Source of the DNA: Azolla caroliniana
Lineage: Eukaryota; Plantae; Polypodiophyta
DNA length: 64,000 nucleotides
Assembly: GCA_043228905.1 (NCBI GenBank)
Contig: JBHGNT010000014.1
Span: forward strand, 12,834,001 to 12,898,000
Reading direction: 5' to 3'
Shown: in pieces, positions 53,301-64,000 of the stretch
How the letters are laid out: every line of letters starts with the position of its first letter
How positions within the stretch are numbered: the stretch's first letter is position 1
Position numbers and translations under genes: made by a program
Notes under the pieces: model-generated
The model's input: the letters and a program-made list of their open reading frames with translations, nothing else
What the model was told of the DNA's origin: nothing
Database searches by the model: none

Positions 53301-55522
53301 ACCAGAGCACGTGTTGCTAACCGACGAGGGGGAGCCGGAGAGCTTTGAAGAAGCGAAGAATGACACCCAGAGCCGCAGGTGGTTGAGTGCCATGCAGGAC
53401 GAGATGGATTCCCTGCATGAGAACCACACATATGAACTTGTGGAGTTGCCGAAGGGAAAGCGGGCACTTCGAAACAAGTGGGTGTTCAAGCTGAAACCGG
53501 GAGATGCCGGAAACCCCCCGAGATACAAAGCCAGGATCGTGGTGAAGGGGTTTCAGCAAAAGAAGGGCGTCGACTTCGACGAGATATTTGCCCCGGTAGT
53601 GAAGATGACCTCCATCCGGACGGTGCTGAGCATAGCGGCAAGCATGGACCTCGAGGTAGAACAGATGGACGTGAAGACAGCATTCCTTCACGGTGACCTC
53701 GAAGAAGAAATCTACATGCAGCAACCGGAAGGATTCGAGAAGAAAGGGAAGGAGCACCTGGTATGCCGGTTGAAGAAGAGCCTTTACGGACTGAAGCAGG
53801 CTCCCCGGCAATGGTACCGGAAGTTCGACTCCTTCATGACCGACGAAGGGTACCTCAAAACGCAGTCCGACCACTGCGTGTTTGTGAAGAAGTTTGAAGG
53901 AGGAGACTTCCTAATACTCCTCCTGTACGTGGACGACATGTTGATCGTCGGACGGGACCAGGTCAAGATACGGATGCTGAAGAAGGCTCTTCACCGAACC
54001 TTCTCAATGAAGGACCTGGGTCCGGCGAGGCAAATACTAGGGATGCACATCATCCGGGACCGGAAGAAGAAGCAGTTGTGGCTGTCACAGGAGAAGTACG
54101 TGACAAAGGTGCTTCAACGGTTCAACATGTCGGAAGCAAGACCGGTCGGATCGACCCTCCCGGCAAACTGCAATCTGTCCAGCAAGCAAAGTCCCAAGAC
54201 AAAGGCTGAAAAGGAGGATATGATGAAAGTGCCGTATGCCTCAGCCGTCGGGAGCTTGATGTACGCCATGGTGTGTACGAGACCGGACATCGGATATGCA
54301 GTCGGAGTGGTGAGCCGGTACATGAGCAATCCCGGCAAAGAGCATTGGAACGCAGCCAAGTGGATACTCCGATACCTGAAGGGCACGGCAAACGTGTGCC
54401 TCCGATTCGGCTCCGGTAAGCCCGAACTCGAAGGCTTTACTGATTCTGATATGTCGGCTGATGCAGATACCAGCCGGTCCACATCAGGGTATGTGATGAC
54501 GTATGCAGGGGGAGCTGTTTCGTGGCAGTCGAGGCTGCAGAAGACGGTTGCGTTGTCAACCACGGAGGCGGAGTACATGGCGGCTGTTGAAGCCGGTAAG
54601 GAAATAATATGGATGAAGGACTTCATTAGAGAGCTCGGTATCCGGCAAGAGGAGTACCGACTCTACTGCGACAGTCAGAGTGCCATCCACCTTGCGAAGA
54701 ACGCAGCCTATCACTCCCGGACGAAGCACATCCAGCGAAGATATCACTGGATCCGGGAAAGGATAGAAGACAAGGAGTTCGTGCTGACGAAGATCCACAC
54801 CGACGAGAACGGGTCGGATATGCTGACCAAGGTGCTCACACCCGACAAGCTGGAAGCATGCCGGAAGAGGATCGGATTGGAAAGACATCCCATGCCGAAG
54901 TGAAGGGGGAGTTTGTTGGGATTTCGGTCCCTTTCGGATGGGATGGTCGGATATCGGAGATGAATGCCGACAAGCCCGGTTTCGGTTTCGGATCCGGATG
55001 ACGAAGACCCCGGCTTCGGTGCCGGATGACGAATGTACCCGGAGAGCGATCCGGATGCAGGGACATATCCGTGAATATGTTCGCTACGAGCCCCCTGAGG
55101 CTATAGTTGTAAATAGCCCAAAGTCATATAAGTATAAATATGACTTAGGGCAAACAGTTTTTCTGTTGCTTCTCATTTTTCTGTTTTTCCACTTTAGAGG
55201 AGTGAAGAGAGAGCAGCCGTGAGAGAGAGAAAGAGAGAGAGCGCGAGAGAGAGAAAGAGGTAGACGCCTCTGTGTATTTCCGCCGCCTGTGGCGAGGACA
55301 GCGAGCTCAAGGTCGTCGCCTTGGAGCTCGCCATTGTATATTTCTCTGTGCATAGTTTGGTTCGGAGTCTCGCACTCCCGTGGTTTTTCCCGTATAGGGT
55401 TTTCCACGTTAATCCCTGTGTATCGCGTCTTTCTCTGTATTTCCTATTTTCTGCTACATTGATCCGCGATTAATCGGTTGTGGCCGAGTTGAGAAGGTGA
55501 ATCCAAGCGTTGATTCCCAACA
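50318..55522 (+). mobile_element. Element F: intact Ty1/copia, sister of E; 5' LTR truncated by the gap
   Basis: 5' LTR part 50318-50797, PBS-Met 50801-50812, PPT, 3' LTR 54914-55522. Confidence 0.95.
50827..54903 (+). CDS. pol: Copia Gag-Pol polyprotein
   Basis: Uninterrupted ORF, nearly identical to element E protein. Confidence 0.96.
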   Translation: MEGGGSGQPMMMVLNAQNYADWKIKMEDLLIVRDLYEPIDRSEIPKGVLESEWKLLNRKAVATIRQYVDVSVLQHVANDTNAYEMWKKLSGLYERKNALNRTSLMRKIVNLKYRDGESMVEHVSTFMGFVNQLAAIKFPLEDAMQAIILMCTLPESWENLVVTLSTSCTEDNLSLQTVKTSILNEEARRRDKEPASDPKMLFTESDRGRQWNRSPQRREKSGTRSQSRGRPTCFHCGKPGHFRKNCRHYRKDNGADDTDSKKSPERNGAYRGATDQRGSDRRGQDRKGTTALAASEEEIMLITEEGELNVAGDETTWVVDSGASFHLTPERRYFSSYTAGEHGCVRMGNEGTCRIAGIGDVWLTTPTGCKMLLKDVRHVPEVRLNLISAGRLDDEGYTGSIRNGVMKFSKGSLIVVRARKVNTLYLMNARLCPEELNVAADTAGELWHKRLCHMSEKGMKRLAEDNLIPVKHVHLEKCTDCLAGKQNRTSFHSRPPTRRSAPLELVHTDVCQVETKSHGGAQYFVTFIDDHSRKLWTAPLKTKDQVLSVFKELHARVERESGKKLKAIRADNGGEYRGQFQEYCRSKGIRLEFTVPKTPELNGLAERMNRTIMERVRSMLAHAKLPNGFWAEAMSTATYVINRSPSVPLDGDTPQRVWTGKEVSYRHLKVFGCLAYVHVAKDRRGKLDPKTRPCIFLGYGDDEFGYRVWDPVDKKIFRSRDIIFMEDKTLADWESEKKMKSSKSIGEDQLYEEQSRPARDRLALEDPAEDSEETEPAEEDENDTGTGPDPEMDSDEEEESEEPVTEAPERRYPLRERRAPRRFPEPEHVLLTDEGEPESFEEAKNDTQSRRWLSAMQDEMDSLHENHTYELVELPKGKRALRNKWVFKLKPGDAGNPPRYKARIVVKGFQQKKGVDFDEIFAPVVKMTSIRTVLSIAASMDLEVEQMDVKTAFLHGDLEEEIYMQQPEGFEKKGKEHLVCRLKKSLYGLKQAPRQWYRKFDSFMTDEGYLKTQSDHCVFVKKFEGGDFLILLLYVDDMLIVGRDQVKIRMLKKALHRTFSMKDLGPARQILGMHIIRDRKKKQLWLSQEKYVTKVLQRFNMSEARPVGSTLPANCNLSSKQSPKTKAEKEDMMKVPYASAVGSLMYAMVCTRPDIGYAVGVVSRYMSNPGKEHWNAAKWILRYLKGTANVCLRFGSGKPELEGFTDSDMSADADTSRSTSGYVMTYAGGAVSWQSRLQKTVALSTTEAEYMAAVEAGKEIIWMKDFIRELGIRQEEYRLYCDSQSAIHLAKNAAYHSRTKHIQRRYHWIRERIEDKEFVLTKIHTDENGSDMLTKVLTPDKLEACRKRIGLERHPMPK

Positions 55523-58500
55523 GTATCAGAGCGATTTGGTAGCTCGATCTATCCCATTCGCCTCATCGTGATCGTGTGTTGTGTTCTACGTCGACGACCA
55601 AGAACCGACTCACAGCTATCGTAGCTTCGCTACATAGCTCGCATTCGAAGAGAGAAGAAGAAGAAGAAGAATCGACTTAATGAACACTCAAATGGGGAGT
55701 GCTCTCCCTACCGAGAAGTTGGATCAAAACAACTTCGCATCTTGGGAGTACAAGATGCACCAATACCTTGTCGGACAAGGCTATTGGAGCTACATCAAAG
55801 GAGCACATGAAGACCGACCTGCCAAAGCGGCTCCCGGATACGCGACATGGGAGCAAGGCGCAAGCCGCATGATGTATTGTTTGGCGACATGTGTTCACAA
55901 CCACATGCTCGGTTACATTCGAGAAGCCAAGACGCCGAAGGAAGCGTGGGAAAATCTACGAAAGATTTTTGCCGCCAACACGACCGCGAGGAAGCTTCAA
56001 CTCCGCCAAGAGTTGAACAACATTCAACAAAGGGACATGTCCATCACGACATACACCTTGAAGATCAAGGAGCTTTGCGACTCGCTCGGCTCAATAAGTG
56101 TAAGTATAGATGATGATGAGATGGTGCAAATATGCCTCGGCGGCCTCGCACCTCGGTTCGGCGCGATGCGAACCGCCGTTCTAGCACGGGAGAAATCTCC
56201 CTCCTTCTTCGAGCTCCAGTCAATGCTATTGGTCGAAGAAAACCACGTACGTACAAGGAGTAATGAGTCGGAAGGCCACATGCTCTACACGCACTCTAAT
56301 GGAGGAAGAGGACGCGGACGAGCGAGAGGCTGATTCGGCCAAGGACAAGGCGGACGAGGTCTGACCTACGACAATAACTCCCAATTTCGGCCGCAAAACG
56401 GAGGCTAACGAGGAACCTTCGCAAGAAAGGGGGGCTTCCACTCCGGCCCGAGCCGTCAAAACGCAACAGAATGTGGATATTGCGGAAAGCTCAGCCACCA
56501 CGAAGAAGAGTGTCGAAAGAAGATGCGTGAATCATCTTCCACAAGCCGACAACTCACAAATTACGCACACAACTCCGACTATGAAGATCGTGGTGGAATG
56601 TATGCGCATAACTCTGACCGTGGTGAAATGTACGGGCACAAGTCCGACTACGAAGATCGTGGCGGAATGTATGCGCACAACTCCGACCGTGGCGGAATGT
56701 TCATGATGAAACATAGAGCAAACTCTATGTCGGCCGCCACCTCAACTAGTGCCTCCGGTCTGGAAGACGTATGGTTCGTCGATTCCGGTGCCTCGAACCA
56801 TATGACATCTTATCAAGAATGGTTCCGAGAACTTCGAGAGCTGGACCGACCCGGCTATGTCGAAACCGGAGACGATACTACGCACCCAATTCGGCACATT
56901 GGCAATGTTCCGTTCGGAAAAGAAGGTAAGAAAAATTACATTAAAAATGTCTTGCATGTACATCCCATTACAAAGAATTTGGTCTCCGTCGGCCAAATTG
57001 TAGAGCAAGGGATGCAAGTTTGATTTAATCAAGGCGGTTGCTTCATCGAAAAAGAGGGTTGAATCATCGCACGCGGACGAAGAGAGGGCCGGATGTTCAT
57101 TCTCGATTCACGCGAGATGAAATCCGCCATGTTCACGAAAAACACGAAAGTCGACTCCGACATAGAGCTATGGCACAAGCGAATCGGCCACATCAATCTC
57201 AACAAACTCAAAGCAATGAAATCGAAAGGAGTCGTCGTTGGACTCCTGACATTCAAAGAGAAGGAGATTGAAGGTGTATGCGAAGCGTGCCAATTCGGCA
57301 AGCAACACCGACACCCATTCCCAAAAGAGCGGAACGTGAGCAAAGGTCTACTCGACATAGTCCATTCCGACATATGGGGACCGGCGCAGACGGCTACATT
57401 CGTCGGATGCCGATATTACGTGCTCTTCATCGACGACTTCTCTAGGCACACTTGGATCTACCCGATGCGTCAAAAGAGCGAAGTGTTCGGACACTTCCAA
57501 AATTTCAAGAATGAAGTCGAGAAAGCCACGGGCCGACATGTACGATGCCTTCGATTGGATGGCGGCAAGGAGTACTTCTCGGACAATTTCACGGCATATC
57601 TCCGAAAGGAAGGAATTCGGCAAGAATTCACTTGCCGACACACTCCGCAACAAAACGGAGTAGCCGAGCGCAAAAATTGGCACATCCTCGAAGTAGCGCG
57701 GGCCATGATGAACGAGAAGCATATGCCCAAGTCATATTGGGCCGAAGCTGCAAATACGGCAATCTACCTAATGAACCGGTGCACAACATCCGGCGTGCAC
57801 GACGTCACTCCGCACGAAAATTACTTCGGAAGGAAGCCAGACTTATCGCATATCCGGATATTCGGCATGATAGCATACGTGCACATCCCCGACGAGAAGC
57901 GTCAAAAGCTTGACCCAAAGTCGGAGAAATGTATCCTCGTAGGATACTCACTTGAACAAAAGGGGTAGAAGTACTACAACCCCTCAACTCGAAAATCTCG
58001 AGTAAGTCGAGACGTCGTTTTTGACGAGTCCGCATCCTGGTATGCACCAGAGACAACTTCACCTCCGCTCGACCCGGAATTTGCCGAACAAGAGATCGAG
58101 GATGAAGATCGCCCTACGCGCATGATCGAAGAAAGTCCGATCACGACCCGACTGAGCAGAACACAAGAGCCTTTGAGCGATCAAAGCACATCACGACCTA
58201 GCCCAAAGATGGACAAAGGCAAGGCGAAAATGGCGGAATATGAAGACGATCGCTTCGACGACGATGAATTGACTCACTCACTCGACAGTGAGTTCGGTGG
58301 TTTCGAGGTACCAATCGGAGCCAAGAAAGCCCTCATCTTGGCAAATGAAAAGCTCCTCCGATCCACTCGTGAAAAGAACCCCGTAAGCCGATTCGGCTAC
58401 AACGATTATATGGCATACCATTACGCCTTTATGATGAAGGTAGCGACAGTACGGGAGCCGGAAACCTTTTCGGAAGCCGCGAAGGACCCGCGATGGATCG

Positions 58501-59683
58501 AAGCAATGAACGAGGAGATGCAGGCACTATGGAAGAACGAGACGTGGGATCTCGTTCCCACCTCATCACACAAAAAGGCGATTGGATGTAGATGGATCTA
58601 CAAGGTGAAGTATAACGTTGATGGCTCCGTAAACCGCTACAAAGCTCGACTCGTAGCGAAAGGATATGCTCAGACACATGGCGTCAACTACGAAGAGACC
58701 TTTGCCCCGGTAGCAAAGATGACGACGGTGCGGACTGTAATTGCGATTGCCGCGGCGAAAGGGTGGCATCTCCATCAAATGGACGTCAAGAACACCTTTC
58801 TACAAGGTGAATTAGAAGAGGAGGTGTACATGATCCAACCACCCGGCTTTAACTCGAGCAGTCATCCAAAAGTCGTATGCCGACTCAAGAAGCCACTCTA
58901 CGGCCTCAAGCAAGCACCGTGTGCTTGGCATTCGAAGATAACGCAATATCTTCATCAAATCGGCTTCCGTATGTCAAAATTAGACAACTCCCTCTACATA
59001 CAAAGCGATTCTGCAAGTCCGATCGTCATCATCTTATATGTGGATGACCTAGTCATTGGATGTGAGCATCTCGCCGAAATCACTAAGGTCAAATCTCTCC
59101 TTTTCGACAAGTTCGAGATGACGGACAGGAAGGAGCTCCACTACTTCCTCGGCATCGAGGTAATTCGGACTCCGGCCGGAATCATGATCTCTCAACGGCA
59201 CTACATCCTCAACTTGTTATACAAGTTCAGGATGACTGAGTGCAAATCCGTGGCAACCCTGCTCGATCGTAATCTCAAATTAGATGCGAACTCCGGCACC
59301 AAAGCGTGTGAGCCGACTCAGTATCGGCAACTCATCGGGAGTCTCATCTACCTCACGATCACACGACCCGATCTCAGTTATCCGGTCGGTCTCCTTAGCC
59401 AATTCATGCAAACATCGTGTGATACTCACTTGGATTGCGCTAAGCGAGTTCTACGCTACGTGAGCAACACAATGGATTGCGGCATCCTCTACAAGACCGC
59501 GATGCCAATACGACTCGAGGGGTACACAGACGTCGATTGGGCCGGCTACAAAGCCGATAGAAGATTAACCTCCGGATTTGTTTTCTCCCTCGGCAGCGGA
59601 GCAATATCCTGGAGTAGCAAGAAGCAGCCTATCGTCGCTCTTTCGAGTACAGAGGCGGAATATAGGGGCGCAACGGTAGCTGC
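55523..59683 (+). mobile_element. Element G: mildly degenerate Ty1/copia of a second family (gag-pol 55680-59683), interrupted in RNaseH by element H
   Basis: PBS remnant GTATCAGAGC, gag from 55680, WFVDSGASNHMT, WHKRIGH..CEAC, LYVDDL, ALSSTEAEY; several stops. Confidence 0.9.
56561..56699 (+). repeat. In-frame 69-bp (39+30) tandem duplication in copia gag-PR linker
   Basis: YAHNSDYEDRGGM-YAHNSDRGEM-YGHKSDYEDRGGM-YAHNSDRGGM. Confidence 0.85.
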
Positions 59684-62600
59684 TGTTGGCCGGTCAGAGA
59701 AGGCAAATGGGAAAGCAAGGTCGGATCGGATAAATATAGAAATAGGAATAGAATTATTAGGAGGGACGGATCCGGTAGTTGTAACCGATCCGGATCCGAA
59801 CCGATTCGGTTTCGGTTAACGGTTGCCTACCGAGCACCGATTGTAATCTGGCCGGATGCCTATAAAAGGATCCGATGTTTTGTAATGAAAGCGCGAAGAA
59901 TTAATATAGTTTTGCTTATGCTGATTAATCTTGTCTTCGTCTGTGCTTAAGTGTAATTATCATACGCGTGTATTAACATCCTATCCCTACCACCCCTTTG
60001 GAGAAGTGTCGGATAGACACCTGTGTTGCGGCTAGTCCAGCCATACATACAACACTATTTTGGCGACCACGATGGGATCAGAAAACAAGCGGCACAATGG
60101 ATCAAAGAAGCCAACGAACAAGGTGCGGCGGAAGTAAGAAACCAAAATATGCCAAGGGAGGAGGAAATCGTACAGCCAGGAGAAAACCCGACATGGCAAG
60201 CACTACAAGATTGTCAGATCGTGCTGCCGTTGGCACGGTTACTGCAGTTGGTGCCACGGTTCACAGCAGACTTACAAGCCGCCGTGAGCAAACCGACGCC
60301 GACGCCAGCACCGGCATTTTTCTCCAACCCGGAGGAAGGCCCAGCGGTGGTTGATACCAGTAGCCCAGCAATCACGACAATCGTCAAAGGAAAGGAGATT
60401 CCAGGAACAATTATTGACGGAGGTTCCGGGGTGAACGTCATTAGTCGACAGACATGCGACGACCTAGGCATCCAGGAGTGGGAACCATGCCCCTTCTGGT
60501 TACGCATGGCGGATACAAGCTCAGTCCGACCAACTGGTCTTATCCGGGACTTGGAAGTAACAATAGGAGGCCACGTATTCCGAATATCGGCCGTGGTACT
60601 AGAGCTGAATGTACAAGGCGCATATCCCCTACTGTTAGGACGACCATGGCTGCGAACGGCGCATATCAAGCAAAACTGGCAAAAGAATATGATCACGTTC
60701 CGACGAGGCAAAACAAAGGTACGGGTAGCCACGCAACCACGGGTGCTCACTAGCAAGGAGGCAACCCCTTTATATGCCGAAAGCATCAACATGTTGGAGG
60801 GCTTACCGGATGAGGAAGTTGATCGGTACCTCGAGGAACACCCACAGATCGTTCCACTTTTTGAGGTGGATATCACGGCAGCAGTAGAGCCGTACATCAC
60901 AATGCCGGACGAGCCGGACAAAGTGGCGATCCGGGAACTACGCCAAGCACAGGAAGCCCTAGAAAGAGAAATGACGATATCCCAAAGGGTGAAAGCATCC
61001 CAGCTGGAAGAGGTGGACCTCGGCACAACAGAACAACCCCGACCGGTAAAAGTCGCGAAGGAATTGTCGAAGGAGGAAAAACAGGCAATGGTAGCACTGT
61101 TAACGGATTTCAAGGACGTGTTCGCATGGTCATACGAAGACATGCGAGGGTTGGACCCCCAGCTCTACCAGCACCAAATTCATCTAAGTACTGACGCGAA
61201 GCCCATCGCTCAACGTCGGTACCGGATGAATCCAAACTATGCGGCAAAGGTGAAGGAGGAAATTGACAAGCTTCTCCGGGTCGGATTTATCCGACCAGTC
61301 AAGCAGGCAACCTGGCTAAGCCCGATAGTGGTGGTCCCGAAAAAGAACGGCAAAATCCGGGTATGTGTGGACTACAGGAAACTAAATGCCGCGACAGTGA
61401 CCGACGCTTTTCCACTACCATTCACGGACGGAGTGCTAGATGCGGTGGCCGGCCACGAAGTTTACAGCTTCCTGGACGGATTCAGCGGCTACAACCAAAT
61501 CCGAATGAACCCGGCCGACCAAGAGAAAACAGCGTTCGTGACGGAATGGGGAGTGTTCGTCGCGATCGTGATGATGTTCGGATTAAAGACAGCCCCTGCA
61601 ACATTTCAAAGGATAATTATGGAAATCTTCGGTGATTTTATTCCCGGTTTTATGCAGGTCTTCCTAGACGATTTCGCCGTCTACAGCCGACACGGAGAAC
61701 ATCTCGATCACCTACGACTATGCTTAGAAAAGTGTCGCGAGTACCGATTAAGTCTGAACCCGGCTAAGTGCGTCTTTGGAGTCGCAAGCGGCAATTTGTT
61801 AGGCCACGTGGTGAGTCGAGAAGGAATCGCGGTAGATCCGGATAAGGTAAAAGCAATTCTCGACGCACCGGCACCGAATAGCGCAAAAGCTTTAAGCCGA
61901 TTCCTTGGTCAAATAAGGTGGCATAGTCGGATGGTACGGCACCTTGCCGACTTTGCGACACCATTGCACGCTGCTGTACATAGAGTACCTTTCCAATGGA
62001 CAGAAATGGAGGAGGCAGCCTACCAAGCGTTGAAGGTCATGCTGTCACAAGCTCCGGTGGTGCAGCCGCCGGACTGGAGTAAAAGCTTTCACGTCTTCGT
62101 CGACGCGTCGGACGTAGCGATCGGCAGTGTTTTGATGCAACTCACGGAACCGAAATGGTATCGGCCGGTGTACTACGCAAGCAGGAAACTCTCGAAAGCC
62201 GAACGGAACTACTCTACAACGGAACGAGAGGCATTAGGAATGGTGTACAGCGTCACAAAGTACAGGCACTATCTGCTCGGACGAAAGTTCTCCTTCCACG
62301 TTGACCACTCGGCACTACTCTACCTGGTCTCAAAGGCAGCCCTGACAGGAAAACTCGCACGGTGGACGCTGCTATTACAGGAATTCGAATTCGACATTTT
62401 CCACCGACCCGGGGTGCAGCATGCGGTAGCAGACTACCTGAGCAGACTAGAATCCGGAGAATCAGGGGACGGCGTACAGGACGAATTTCCCGACGCCGAG
62501 CTGTTTAAGGTCACGACGGCACCGGCAACGGAGACCACAGTAGCGGACGAAGACAAATGGCTAACCGAAATGCATCAGTTCCTGAGCACCGGAGTTCCCC

Positions 62601-64000
62601 CGGAAAACCTGGACCGAGACGAACGGAAAAGGATGGCAGTACGGAGCAGACATTTCTGCTTGGTAGGAGACACCCTCTATCACAAGGGGGCAGATGGCGT
62701 ATGGAGGCGAGCAGTGCGGAGCGATGAAAAGGATCTGATCCTGAGGGAAGCCCACTGTGGAATTGCAGGCGGGCATTATGCCGGCGAAACAACAGCCCGG
62801 AAGATATGGCAGAGCGGACTATGGTGGCCGACTACCATGAGAGATGCCGTTAAGTATAGCAGGGAATGCGACCTGTGTCAACGACTGGGCCAACCCACGG
62901 AGCAGGCCCGGATGCCACATCACCCGGTCTTGCCATTAGAACCATTCCAAAAGTGGGGCTTGGACTTTGTCGGTCCCTTTAAGCCACCGGCAATGCGGAC
63001 CGGAAATCGGTATATAATAGTGGCTACCGACTACTGCACCAAATGGGTAGAAGCAAAGGCATTACGGGACAACACGGCGGCGTCCACGGCCAAATTTTTA
63101 TATGAATGCATATGGTGTCGGTACGGATGCCCGATTGAGCTGATCAGTGACCAGGGAGGACATTTCCTCGGGCAGGTGGTGGAAAGTTTGACCTCATTCT
63201 ATGCGGTAGTACACAAACGAAGCACTCCCTACTACCCTCAAGCCAACGGATTAGCGGAATCAACGAATAAAACGCTACAGAACATCCTTAGAAAAATCGT
63301 CAATGAGAACCGGACCGACTGGGATACGAAGTTGCAGAGCGTGTTGTGGGCGTACCGAACGGCGTACAAGACCAGCATCCGGACGACCCCGTTCCGACTG
63401 GCATTCGGCTTGGAAGCAGTCATGCCAGTAGAATTCCAAATTCCTAGCTTAAGAATACAGGTTAAGGAGCGGTTAAGCGAGAAGGAATCGGAACGAATCC
63501 GGCTGAAGATGCTGTTAGAACTGGAAGAAAATCGAATAGCCAGCCTGCTACAGCTAGAACTAGAGCAAAGGAGGAGGAAAGCCTTTGTAGACCGACACCG
63601 GCGCGGTAACTAAAAGGAATTCGGGGTCGGGAAACCGGTATTACTGTTCCAGACAAGGATGGGGAGCATGCCAGGGAAATTGCGATTTCGGTGGACCGGA
63701 CCATTCTGGATCACAAAGGAGTACAATGGGTCTTACCAGCTCGGGACGTTGTCAGGAGAAGTTGTGGGCAAATGGGCAAATGGTTTTCGCCTAAAACCGT
63801 ATAAGGGGCACATGCCAGCTAACCCCTTCAAGCAAGACCCGGAAAACCCGAATGGCGAGGAACCGACACCGACGCGTAACAACGACGAGGAACCGACAAC
63901 AGTGCGCACCGACCCGAACACATCGGGGGGAACCGAACAATGATGCGGCATATGTAAATAATAATAATAATAATAAAAATAAAAAATAAAATAAAAATAA
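59684..64000 (+). mobile_element. Element H: Athila/Tat-like Ty3/gypsy lacking gag; continues beyond window
   Basis: 5' LTR 59684-60054, PBS TGGCGACCAC 60061-60070, pol starts directly after PBS. Confidence 0.9.
60023..63943 (+). CDS. pol: Pol (PR-RT-RH-IN), open except for one in-frame TAA at 63611-63613 before the GPF module
   Basis: IIDGGSG, LDGFSGYNQI, QVFLDDF, VDASD, GGHY..CDLC, KWGLDFVGPF; ORF 63659-63943 (WTGPF) is in the same frame. Confidence 0.9.

Noticed and set aside
45412-54888. Numerous antisense/overlapping ORFs shared by E and F (and by A, B, D)
   Set aside because: Shadow frames of GC-rich pol genes; sharing reflects DNA identity; no motifs recognised
59684-59819. Novel C-terminus of copia RT/RNaseH ORF 58122-59819
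   Set aside because: Read-through into the LTR of inserted element H

Overview
Eukaryotic (plant) heterochromatin-like window made almost entirely of nested LTR retrotransposons; no host gene was recognised. The tRNA-Trp/iMet primer sites match plant tRNAs, and the element mix suggests a non-seed plant such as a bryophyte (inference). Bases 2180-36024 form a five-level nest: Athila/Tat-like host (minus) > solo LTR > Athila/Tat-like element with a 3' extra ORF > Trp-primed Ty3/gypsy B > young intact Trp-primed Ty3/gypsy A. Downstream are a self-priming chromovirus, several Ty1/copia elements (two intact Tnt1/Tork-like sisters separated by a 100-N gap) and a gag-less Ty3/gypsy. The main candidate novel system is the tRNA-Trp-primed Ty3/gypsy group. 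All six of its insertions have 4-bp TSDs; five are centred on CpG and the sixth fits a decayed CCGG. It has Gag-protease and RT-RH-IN joined by a conserved -1 slip site plus a putative pseudoknot, and it comes with capsid-only and 59-bp miniature derivatives. Separately, LTRs of two unrelated gypsy lineages carry antisense tRNA-like A/B-box modules. All analysis was by eye; no database searches were run.
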